A DNA stretch of 64,000 bases from the NCBI GenBank assembly GCA_017881075.1, contig JADGRH010000003.1, forward strand, positions 64,682 to 128,681. The letters run 5' to 3'. Both the position numbers and the translations under genes were made by a program. The notes below the pieces were generated by a model. It saw only the letters and a list, made by a program, of their open reading frames with translations. It did no database searches and was not told the DNA's origin. Numbering within the stretch: position 1 is the first letter of the stretch; every line of letters begins with the position of its first letter. The DNA comes from Minisyncoccota bacterium. GTDB taxonomy: Bacteria; Patescibacteriota; Minisyncoccia; Phycocordibacterales; CAJBRS01. Shown here one piece after another: positions 9,505-17,157 of this stretch.

Positions 9505-9856
9505 AAGAATAGCGCTTCAATTCAAGAAGAGTGACGATGAGAGACACCAACAAGTCCGGATGCGCGCCATGTGTGCATCCAAAATCTCTAATCATTGCCT
9601 GACGGATCTCCGAACTCTCGTCCACGATCACTATTGGTCCATTAGAATGGGCAGGGAGACTCTTGAGGAGTGGGCCCGTATTGAATGTCTTGGAGCCAAC
9701 GCAGGTCTCTACCGCCACGAGGTCATAACGGTCTTGATTGGAAACCGCATAACTTACGTCATAGGCGTAGCTTGCGTTGACTGCGTATTCATCCAGTCTA
9801 TTCCGCCAATCGGACAGATGGTCATTGTTAGTAGACACAATTAGGATAAACTTCAT
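9503..9856 (-). CDS. receiver-like single-domain protein, degenerate (Glu at phospho-acceptor position)
   Basis: Close paralog of 7736..8089 (shared YDLVAVETCVGSKTFNTG.LLKSLP, GCTH.AHPD). Confidence 0.65.
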   Translation of the reverse strand: MKFILIVSTNNDHLSDWRNRLDEYAVNASYAYDVSYAVSNQDRYDLVAVETCVGSKTFNTGPLLKSLPAHSNGPIVIVDESSEIRQAMIRDFGCTHGAHPDLLVSLIVTLLELKRYS

Positions 9857-9954
9857 ATTTCTATTTCCGATACTACATCAAATATCCCAAAAATCAATTT
9901 TTCCTGGACACCCCTTGAAATTGAAGAAAAAACAAAATCGGGTAGTATTACCTC

Positions 9955-10353
9955 ATGAACATACCAGCTTGGTATTCACAATTAATTAAACCTTCTTGGG
10001 CGCCACCATCGTGGCTCTTCGGGCCGGTATGGACATTTCTGTATGTCTTGATCGCCATTTCATTTGGCAAAGTATTTTTGATGGCATGGAAGAAAGAGAT
10101 TGCCCTCATGGTGGCCTTGCCGTTTTTACTCAATCTAATATTCAACTTCGCTTTCACACCCCTCCAATTTGTCCTCAAAAGCAACCTCCTCGCCGCCCTC
10201 GACATCCTTCTAGTTCTCGGCACTCTCATCTGGGCCATGCTGGCTATCTATCCCTATGCCAGATGGATCGCCTATATCCAAGTCCCATACCTCCTCTGGG
10301 TCCTCTTCGCCACCATTCTCCAATTAACGATTACGTATCTCAATCTAAATTAA
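9955..10353 (+). CDS. tspO: TspO/MBR family tryptophan-rich sensory protein
   Basis: WYSQLIKPSWAPPSWLFGPVWTFLY signature and multi-TM profile. Somewhat short at 132 aa. Confidence 0.85.
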   Translation: MNIPAWYSQLIKPSWAPPSWLFGPVWTFLYVLIAISFGKVFLMAWKKEIALMVALPFLLNLIFNFAFTPLQFVLKSNLLAALDILLVLGTLIWAMLAIYPYARWIAYIQVPYLLWVLFATILQLTITYLNLN

Positions 10354-10390
10354 ACCTGAACAAAAATTGAAGATTTAATGAATTTGTGGG

Positions 10391-10750
10391 ATGATTTTTA
10401 ATATGACTAAGATTGAGGATCTGATTACAAGAGTGACTGCATTTAGAGATGATAGAGACTGGAAACAGTTCCATAATCCCAAAGATAATGCTATCGGATT
10501 AGTTCTGGAAGCCTCGGAGGTTTTAGAGCTATTCCAGTGGAAAAATAAAGAAGAAATTGACAAGTATATAAAATCACATAGCGAAAATATTTCTGACGAA
10601 CTAGCGGATGTTATGTATTGGGTTTTATTAATGTCACATGACTTGAATATTGATATCGGAAAGGCTATAGAAAAGAAACTTAAGAAAACAGAAGAAAAAT
10701 ACCCTATAGAAAAATCCAAAGGTAATCATAAGAAGTACACAGAACTTTAA
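10391..10750 (+). CDS. MazG-like nucleotide pyrophosphohydrolase
   Basis: All-alpha MazG/dCTPase-like pattern: FRDDRDWKQFHNPKD, EASEVLELFQW (ExxE), ELADVMYWVL (ExxD), KKLKKTEEKYP. Confidence 0.8.
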   Translation: MIFNMTKIEDLITRVTAFRDDRDWKQFHNPKDNAIGLVLEASEVLELFQWKNKEEIDKYIKSHSENISDELADVMYWVLLMSHDLNIDIGKAIEKKLKKTEEKYPIEKSKGNHKKYTEL

Positions 10751-10754
10751 TCTT

Positions 10755-12608
10755 ATGATTCTATATAAAAATAATCTAAAGGATTTTAAAATTCACGTTG
10801 ATACTAATCAGATCGGGGATTTAATCGAGAAATCTTTTAGAGAAAAATTAGGGCACAAAGTTGCTCCAAATGAAAAAAGGTCATGGACTAATTCTATGTC
10901 GTTTATGGAGAAAATAGTCAGAAGGGCTGATCTTTCGGATACTTGCGGAGTTATGTTGGAATATATTATTCCAAACACTTCTAACAGAATCGACTTTTTA
11001 ATTTCCGGGGAAGACGAGAAAGGGAACAAGAATTTTATAATTATTGAATTGAAACAATGGGAAACATCAGAATCTACTGATAGAGATGGTGTAGTAAGGA
11101 CTTTTGTGGGAGGAGGAGTACGCGAAACTACGCACCCATCTTACCAGGCCCATTCCTATAAATTGTTTTTAAGTGACTACAATGAAAATATTGATTCTGG
11201 CATTCTTTCACCATACGCTTGCGCGTATCTGCATAATTATAAAGAGCGGAGTCCGGAGCCTCTAAAGGCTCAAATATATGAATCTGTTATTAAGGTAGCG
11301 CCAGTTTATTTTAAGGACGATTATGAAAAATTGGAGCAGTTTTTGCATAATTATGTTAGGTTCGGAAAAGGAGAAGAAATCTTGTATCAAATTGAAGCCG
11401 GCAGAATAAAACCTAGCAAAAAACTTATTGAGCATATTCAAAAAATGTATGAAGGAAACCAGGAATTTATATTACTGGATGAGCAAAAGGTGGCATATGA
11501 GACAGCTCGATCTGTAGCAAAGAAAGTTAAAGAAAAATCTGTCGTAATTATAAAAGGTGGTCCAGGGACGGGTAAATCTGTAATCTCAATGAATTTATTG
11601 GGAAGCCTATTAAAGGATGAACTTAATGTAAACTTTATTGCCCCTAACTCTGCCTTTAGAGAAGTAATGATTCATAGATTAGCAAGGAAGGAGACTAAAT
11701 TAAGGTTAAAAAACTTGTTTAAAGGCTCTGCTGGTTTTGTAAATGCCAAGAAAGACACATTTGATACTTTAATAGTGGATGAAGCACATAGATTAAAGAA
11801 AAAAGGTGCTTATCAATACAAGGGGATAAATCAGATAGAAGATATCGTTAATTCTGCTAGAACGTCTATCTTTTTTGTCGATGATAATCAGATGATTCGT
11901 CCAGACGATATAGGTTCAGTTCAGGAGATTAAAAGAGTGGCTGATAAAAATAAGGCAAGAATTTATGAAATAGAATTAGTCGCCCAATTTAGGTGTGCTG
12001 GGGCAGAAGGTTATCTTAATTGGCTCGACAATACATTACAGATTAAAGAGACAGCGAATTTTGATGGATGGGAGCAAAAAGATTTTGAGTTTAAGATTTT
12101 TAATGATCCTAACGACTTAAGGAAAATGATAAAAGAAAAGCATGATAAAGGATTTAATGCTCGAATTCTTGCTGGCTATGCTTGGAAGTGGACAAGTGTA
12201 GGGGAGGGCAATAAAAGTGGAGAAGTTGAAGATGTCTTAATCCCCGAATTCGATTTCAAAATGCCGTGGAATGCTCGACAAATTGGAACAACTTGGGCGG
12301 TTGATCCAAAAGGTATTGATCAGGCAGGATGCATTCATACTTCACAAGGTCTGGAATTTGACTACGTTGGAGTTTTGGTAGGCAATGATTTACGTTTTGA
12401 TTCCAAAAAACTTGACTACCATGCTCACTGGGTATCCTACAAAGATACGACGGGGAAAAAAGGGCTGAAAAATAACCCGGAAGAATTAACTAAATTAGTA
12501 AAAAATATCTACAAGGTTCTTATGAGCAGGGGTATGAAGGGATGCTATGTTTATTTTACTGACAAAGAAATGGAGAGATATTTTAAATCACGCTTAGGTA
12601 TCAAATAA
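10755..12608 (+). CDS. DUF2075-type ATPase/helicase-like protein with N-terminal PD-(D/E)xK-like nuclease motif
   Basis: Starts 4 nt after the MazG stop. N-terminus IDFLISG...FIIIELKQW (D...ExK). Walker A GGPGTGKSV, Walker B LIVDEAHRL. C-terminus HTSQGLEFDYVGVLVG and VLMSRGMKGCYVY as in DUF2075 proteins. Confidence 0.8.
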   Translation: MILYKNNLKDFKIHVDTNQIGDLIEKSFREKLGHKVAPNEKRSWTNSMSFMEKIVRRADLSDTCGVMLEYIIPNTSNRIDFLISGEDEKGNKNFIIIELKQWETSESTDRDGVVRTFVGGGVRETTHPSYQAHSYKLFLSDYNENIDSGILSPYACAYLHNYKERSPEPLKAQIYESVIKVAPVYFKDDYEKLEQFLHNYVRFGKGEEILYQIEAGRIKPSKKLIEHIQKMYEGNQEFILLDEQKVAYETARSVAKKVKEKSVVIIKGGPGTGKSVISMNLLGSLLKDELNVNFIAPNSAFREVMIHRLARKETKLRLKNLFKGSAGFVNAKKDTFDTLIVDEAHRLKKKGAYQYKGINQIEDIVNSARTSIFFVDDNQMIRPDDIGSVQEIKRVADKNKARIYEIELVAQFRCAGAEGYLNWLDNTLQIKETANFDGWEQKDFEFKIFNDPNDLRKMIKEKHDKGFNARILAGYAWKWTSVGEGNKSGEVEDVLIPEFDFKMPWNARQIGTTWAVDPKGIDQAGCIHTSQGLEFDYVGVLVGNDLRFDSKKLDYHAHWVSYKDTTGKKGLKNNPEELTKLVKNIYKVLMSRGMKGCYVYFTDKEMERYFKSRLGIK

Positions 12609-12658
12609 TTTATCTTTATTTTAGCGTTGCTTCATGATACACATGGTAGGTTGTCGTC

Positions 12659-12820
12659 ATGAAGAAACAAAAGATCAAAGATAGTGACAACGCCTATTTA
12701 ATAAGCAGTAACAACTATGAAGACGATAATTGCCCCATCTGCAATCTAATGAGGCGATGTGAAATAGAGGAAAGAGAACCCACCTCACAAGAGATTAAAG
12801 AGGTGATGAAATTTAAATGA
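12659..12820 (+). CDS. possible 53-aa small protein
   Basis: ATG..TGA ORF below the track cutoff (MKKQKIKDSDNAYLISSNNYEDDNCPICNLMRRCEIEE...). No SD and no homology recognised. Confidence 0.2.
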   Translation: MKKQKIKDSDNAYLISSNNYEDDNCPICNLMRRCEIEEREPTSQEIKEVMKFK

Positions 12821-12907
12821 TCCTATTTATGCACGGCCTTTATCTAAAAAATGGCCAATGGACCAAAGAGAGAGCAGTAAAAATATCTGCGTATCATTTC
12901 ACTTATG

Positions 12908-12935
12908 GATAATCCGGCCTGCTCTGCCACGCTTG
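12908..12935. repeat. left inverted repeat of candidate invertible segment
   Basis: gataatccggcctgctctgccAcgcttg; its reverse complement occurs at 13317-13344 with 1 mismatch (core 21 bp perfect). Confidence 0.85.
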
Positions 12936-13286
12936 TATTGCCCTCTACTTTTTTTATGGCATACTTAAAAAAGAAATCCATGACAGACCTAATCTGATCT
13001 TTAAATATAAACCCTATTTTGCAGGTATGAAGAGACAATAAAGCATCGATTAAAAAATAATATGACCAATAAATATAGCAATAATCTTGTTACATAGAAT
13101 TTCAAATTTACTTAAAATATGGCTCTAATCAAGAACTAATTAAGATATGCACAGCTTATCCACTGGTAAGCTATTTACAAAACTGCTAGATTATGATACA
13201 TTAAGAGAGGAATATTTCTTTTTCCCCTCTTGCTGATTATAATAAGCTTTTCTTTCATAATAGGAAAAATAATATTAGCTAAATAC

Positions 13287-13315
13287 TTGACTCCAAAAAT
13301 TTTGGAGAGTATTAT
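13287..13315 (+). promoter_or_regulatory. sigma70-type promoter facing the 13360 operon, inside the IR-bounded segment
   Basis: TTGACT (13287-13292), 17-nt spacer, TATTAT (13310-13315). The spacer contains the palindrome ccaaaaattttgg. The -10 ends 1 nt before the right IR. Confidence 0.55.
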
Positions 13316-13316
13316 G

Positions 13317-13344
13317 CAAGCGCGGCAGAGCAGGCCGGATTATC
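13317..13344. repeat. right inverted repeat of candidate invertible segment
   Basis: caagcgCggcagagcaggccggattatc, the reverse complement of 12908-12935. Confidence 0.85.
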
Positions 13345-13359
13345 AATAAATTAAATTAT

Positions 13360-13761
13360 ATGACCAACGACAAATCTTTTTTGGAGGATCTCTATACTGA
13401 CAGTGGGGGATTCGACCGCGAACGGGTAGTGCGGGTGCTCCAAACCATACTAACCATTCAGCGGGGCGACCATAAAGTCTTCTTTAAAAAAGAGGCAACA
13501 CTAGAAGCTGCGGACAAAATTTTGGCTTATGCGTTAGTAAAAAAGCTTTTAAAGACAGAGGGGGTAACTGAAACGAGTAGTGTCTCGGGAAAGGAACTGA
13601 AGAAGCAAACGGGTGTAAAGTCCGGGACGGTCGATTTTACAATTAAAAAACTTAAAGAGGAAGATGGTCTGCTTGTTGGCAGCGGTAGCAATTATGAAAT
13701 ACCAGCACACAAAGTTGAAGACATCTTAGAGCGTCTTGAAAAATGCGCTTCCAAAAAATAA
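13360..13761 (+). CDS. hypothetical protein, C-terminal winged-helix-like region (operon gene 1)
   Basis: 133-aa ORF. SGKELKKQTGVKSGTVDFTIKKLKEEDGLLVGSGSNYEI reads as helix-turn-helix plus wing (inference). Confidence 0.6.
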   Translation: MTNDKSFLEDLYTDSGGFDRERVVRVLQTILTIQRGDHKVFFKKEATLEAADKILAYALVKKLLKTEGVTETSSVSGKELKKQTGVKSGTVDFTIKKLKEEDGLLVGSGSNYEIPAHKVEDILERLEKCASKK

Positions 13762-13765
13762 ATCT

Positions 13766-14206
13766 ATGGAAAATAACATAAAAAAAATACTCGGAGAAAT
13801 ACTCACATCCATAAAGAGCCTTGAAAAACGAGTTACTCTCATAGAAAGCAAGACACCGAGCATGAGTACACCATCACATGATCTTCCCATTGCCTCGAAG
13901 AAGATGTCGATAAAGGAGTTCCTAATTGATCGCTCTCCAGCAAATGGAGTACAAACAACTCTCGCGGTCGCATATTATCTAGAAAAATATGACAAGATCT
14001 CGCCATTTAATGCCAGTGACATAGAGAAAGCATTTCGTTCCGCTAAGGAACCAGTGCCCAACAATATCAATGATAAAGCAAATATGTGTATTAAAAATGG
14101 TCATTTAATGGAAGGAGAGGATAAGAAAGACAATATGAAAGCGTGGGTAGTCACTCGAAGCGGAGAACAATACGTTCAGGAAAAATTTGATCGTTATAGT
14201 CATTAA
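13766..14206 (+). CDS. hypothetical protein (operon gene 2)
   Basis: ORF-track start 13736 overlaps gene 1. ATG at 13766 (MENNIKKILGE...) gives a 4-nt gap. N-terminal coiled coil; C-terminal ...CIKNGHLMEG...KAWVVTRSGEQYV is wHTH-like. Confidence 0.6.
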   Translation: MENNIKKILGEILTSIKSLEKRVTLIESKTPSMSTPSHDLPIASKKMSIKEFLIDRSPANGVQTTLAVAYYLEKYDKISPFNASDIEKAFRSAKEPVPNNINDKANMCIKNGHLMEGEDKKDNMKAWVVTRSGEQYVQEKFDRYSH

Positions 14207-14235
14207 AAATAAAATTATTCACTAATATAAATATT

Positions 14236-14784
14236 ATGTCTGAAGCAGAAATAGTAGAAATCGTAGGGAAAATTGTTACTGCACTCACTCCTCTTTCTCA
14301 TGAGGAACGACAGAGGGCGGTGCAAGCGTCTTTAAATGTATTTGGTGAATCCATGCTCAGGTCTACACAAAGAAAAGACGAACTCAATGAAATTCCCTCT
14401 GCATTTAGTGAACGCGCGCGGATATGGATTAAACAGAACGAGCTTTCTTTGGAAAATTTAGAACAAATTTTTCATATTACTGATACTGGAGCAGAATTGA
14501 TTATTCAAGAAGTGCCGGGAGGAAAGGATAACAAACCCAGGGTGCTAAATGTGTATGTTCTTTCTGGCGTAGCTTCCCTACTCACCTCAGAAAATTCTAA
14601 TTTCGACGACAAAGTTGCAAGAACCATATGTGAATCATTTGGATGTTACGATCCAACAAATCACACTAAATACCTAAAGAAAAGTAAATTCTTTACAGGA
14701 TCCAAAAAAACAGGATGGACCTTGACTGCTCAGGGTTTAAAACATGCAGCCATGTTAGTTAGAGAACTGAGTAAGCCCCAATAG
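14236..14784 (+). CDS. hypothetical protein (operon gene 3)
   Basis: 182-aa ORF. C-terminus ...KFFTGSKKTGWTLTAQGLKHAAMLVREL is wHTH-wing-like; no known family recognised. Confidence 0.6.
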   Translation: MSEAEIVEIVGKIVTALTPLSHEERQRAVQASLNVFGESMLRSTQRKDELNEIPSAFSERARIWIKQNELSLENLEQIFHITDTGAELIIQEVPGGKDNKPRVLNVYVLSGVASLLTSENSNFDDKVARTICESFGCYDPTNHTKYLKKSKFFTGSKKTGWTLTAQGLKHAAMLVRELSKPQ

Positions 14785-14786
14785 AT

Positions 14787-15527
14787 ATGATTTTCACATT
14801 TAAAAATATTCCGATCAATCTTTCTGAAAAATTGGTTGAGGAATACTTGGAAATAAAGAAACGCCATTCAATGAGTGATTGGGGCCCAAGTCAATTAAAA
14901 GGCGGTAGATTTGCAGAAGCTATGTTACGCATTTTCCAACATTTGCTCGGTATTTCTATTACACCATTTGGGACCAACATTCCAAACAAAGACCGTATTT
15001 TAAATGCTGTAAAAATTCACCCGTCATTGGATGACCACATTCGTCAAAAAGTAGCACCTCTTATAAGACTTCTTCTAGATTTTCGTAATAATCGAGATGT
15101 AGCACACCTCGGAGGATTCAATGCAAATAGCATGGATACTCTTTTTGTGATGACAACAGCGACATGGATTTTGTGTGAACTGATCCGTGTTTATGGAGGG
15201 CAAAGTATGGACACCGCTCAAAAACTAGTAGACTCACTTTCCGTTAAAGAGTATCCAGTGCTAATGGAGTTCGAAGGAGAGCTCTTTATTACTCGACACA
15301 ATCTCAACGCAGAACAAGAAGTGCTAATATTTTTGTATAAAAATCGTAAAGCAGGCTACAATTTTTTGTCTTCAAAGACAAAGGACAGCAATTCTTCACG
15401 TTTTAAGAAAATTTTAGAGAAAATGGTTGCGGTAAAGTTCATTGGCAGCAAGGCAAATCAGTACTTTATCATGCCTCGTGGAATCGAGCGTGTAGAAAAA
15501 GAACGCTTATTGATCTATTCAAACTAG
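14787..15527 (+). CDS. hypothetical protein with HEPN-like Rx6H motif and C-terminal wHTH-like region (operon gene 4)
   Basis: Starts 2 nt after the gene 3 stop. LLLDFRNNRDVAHLGG (R100..H107, nt 15084-15107) lies in an all-helical N-terminal half and resembles the HEPN RNxxxxAH motif. C-terminus KFIGSKANQYFIMPRGIERV. Confidence 0.6.
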   Translation: MIFTFKNIPINLSEKLVEEYLEIKKRHSMSDWGPSQLKGGRFAEAMLRIFQHLLGISITPFGTNIPNKDRILNAVKIHPSLDDHIRQKVAPLIRLLLDFRNNRDVAHLGGFNANSMDTLFVMTTATWILCELIRVYGGQSMDTAQKLVDSLSVKEYPVLMEFEGELFITRHNLNAEQEVLIFLYKNRKAGYNFLSSKTKDSNSSRFKKILEKMVAVKFIGSKANQYFIMPRGIERVEKERLLIYSN

Positions 15528-15612
15528 GAATCAACAAGGCCAAGGCTGTTTTTTATATCTATTTCATCTTTTCTTCATAAATTTTTCATATTTAAAATGT
15601 TATGATGTGTGA

Positions 15613-16083
15613 ATGCAAAAGGACTTTACCTTTCAATTAATAAAGGGAAAAATCAGCGAAACTATATTTGATCAGATGTTTCGAGAAGCAGGGGAGTTTA
15701 CAGTTATCCCCTTTGGTTATGAAGCTTTAGTCCCGGAAATTGCTCAGCTTGCTCGTTCATTAGAACGCAAGGAAGTTCTGGACTCAATTAGGAATAGTCC
15801 TGATTTTGCACTGGTCTCTCATAGTCAGAAAAAGGTATTTCTAGTTGAAGTGAAATATAGGTCGCATTTACACGAAGATGACGTGTTAAATATTGCTCAG
15901 ATGGTTCACGACAGATGGAAACTAGCGTGGTTGTTCATTGCTACTCCGGAAGGATTCTATTTTGATAGTTGCTCGGATGTCTTAAATACTAAGACCATTA
16001 ATAAACTTAAACCAACATGGATCAATGCCGAACTCCAGGAAAAGTATTTAGCAGTAATGAATAAGTTTCAAGTTAACCATTAA
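15613..16083 (+). CDS. PD-(D/E)xK restriction-endonuclease-fold protein (putative)
   Basis: SPDFALVSHSQKKVFLVEVKYRS matches D-x(n)-E-x-K core spacing. Extended -10 (tgttatgat) upstream. Confidence 0.55.
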   Translation: MQKDFTFQLIKGKISETIFDQMFREAGEFTVIPFGYEALVPEIAQLARSLERKEVLDSIRNSPDFALVSHSQKKVFLVEVKYRSHLHEDDVLNIAQMVHDRWKLAWLFIATPEGFYFDSCSDVLNTKTINKLKPTWINAELQEKYLAVMNKFQVNH

Positions 16084-16102
16084 GTAGAGGTAAGAATTTC
16101 TT

Positions 16103-16861
16103 ATGTTCTCAGATCCAATCATTGAAAATTTAAAGTATTACGTTTATATACTTGTTGATCCGAGCAATAATAAGCCTTTTTATATTGGAAAAGGAATAGG
16201 AAATAGGGTTTTTTCCCATCTAAAAAATGAAATTGAAGACGAGTCTAAGATTTCATTAAAACAAGCGCTTATTAAAAATATTCAGGATCAAGGGAAAGAT
16301 GTTGAGATATACATAGTACGACACGGTTTAAATGAGAAGGAGGCATTTGAGATTGAGGCGACACTTATTGATTTTATCCAACTTAGAAATCTTACTAATG
16401 AAATAGTAGAGCACGACTATAAGGAAGAAATACCAGCTAAAAATCTGGCTAATATTGTTTTAGGACATCATGCGGGAGAAAGGGGGCTTATGACGCTAAA
16501 TGAAATACTCCAGTTGTATGGTGCAGAAGAGGCTAATATTACCGACCCAGTAATAATAATTAATATAAATCGAAAATATAAACGGGGCATGAGTCCGAAT
16601 GAAATATATGAAGCAACTCGAGCATCTTGGGTCATAAGCAAAGATAGGTCACAGAAAGCTAAATTTGTTCTCGCATCATTTCGTGGAATAGTAAAAGAAG
16701 TTTTCTATGTTAATCATTGGCAACAATCTAAGAATTCAAACCGCTTAGAATTTGAAGGAGGTGTTGCTCAGTTAGAGATTGCTGAAAAATATAGAAACAA
16801 AGCTATAACTAATTATTTGAAGACGGGGGCACAAAACCCAATTAGATACGTAAATTGTTAG
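16103..16861 (+). CDS. GIY-YIG nuclease-domain protein with uncharacterised C-terminal domain
   Basis: N-terminus YYVYILVD...KPFYIGKGIGNRVFSHL...EIEATLI fits GIY..YIG..R..H..E. Confidence 0.7.
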   Translation: MFSDPIIENLKYYVYILVDPSNNKPFYIGKGIGNRVFSHLKNEIEDESKISLKQALIKNIQDQGKDVEIYIVRHGLNEKEAFEIEATLIDFIQLRNLTNEIVEHDYKEEIPAKNLANIVLGHHAGERGLMTLNEILQLYGAEEANITDPVIIININRKYKRGMSPNEIYEATRASWVISKDRSQKAKFVLASFRGIVKEVFYVNHWQQSKNSNRLEFEGGVAQLEIAEKYRNKAITNYLKTGAQNPIRYVNC

Positions 16862-16963
16862 ATTAAATTGTACTATTCTCATGCCAGATGAATTGGAAAA
16901 TCAGGAATTAAAGGGGTCAGAAGTCATTTTTATATTAAATTTTATCTTTCTGTTGTATTAATC

Positions 16964-17107
16964 ATGGACTCCGATGAAATCTTAGAATTAGTTAAAGATG
17001 GCGTGATAGAGCCGGATCAGGTGGAAGATTTTCAGAATTTGGATGAGGAGATCCAGCAAATGGTGGCGGATGGGGATTTGGATGCAGATGAGGCGTTGAG
17101 TTTATAA
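16964..17107 (+). CDS. possible 47-aa strongly acidic small protein
   Basis: ATG..TAA ORF below the track cutoff (MDSDEILELVKDGVIEPDQVEDFQNLDEEIQQMVADGDLDADEALSL). Ends 50 nt before the NYN gene. Confidence 0.3.
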   Translation: MDSDEILELVKDGVIEPDQVEDFQNLDEEIQQMVADGDLDADEALSL

Positions 17108-17157
17108 ATTTATCTTTTCTTGACGGGGAATTCATCTGCAAGTTCTATTCTATATGA

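Noticed and set aside
9996-10370. 124-aa alternative-frame ORF overlapping tspO
   Set aside because: The TspO frame has a clear family signature; the alternative frame is a Pro/Arg-rich shadow.
12844-13038. 64-aa minus-strand ORF crossing the left inverted repeat; its ...GNTSVAEQAGLSISEMIRRYF resembles the C-terminal HTH of Hin-type invertases
   Set aside because: The similarity is short and pattern-level only. No resolvase catalytic domain could be found upstream in any frame, and part of the match is encoded by the repeat itself. Not called as a gene or pseudogene, but worth a profile search.
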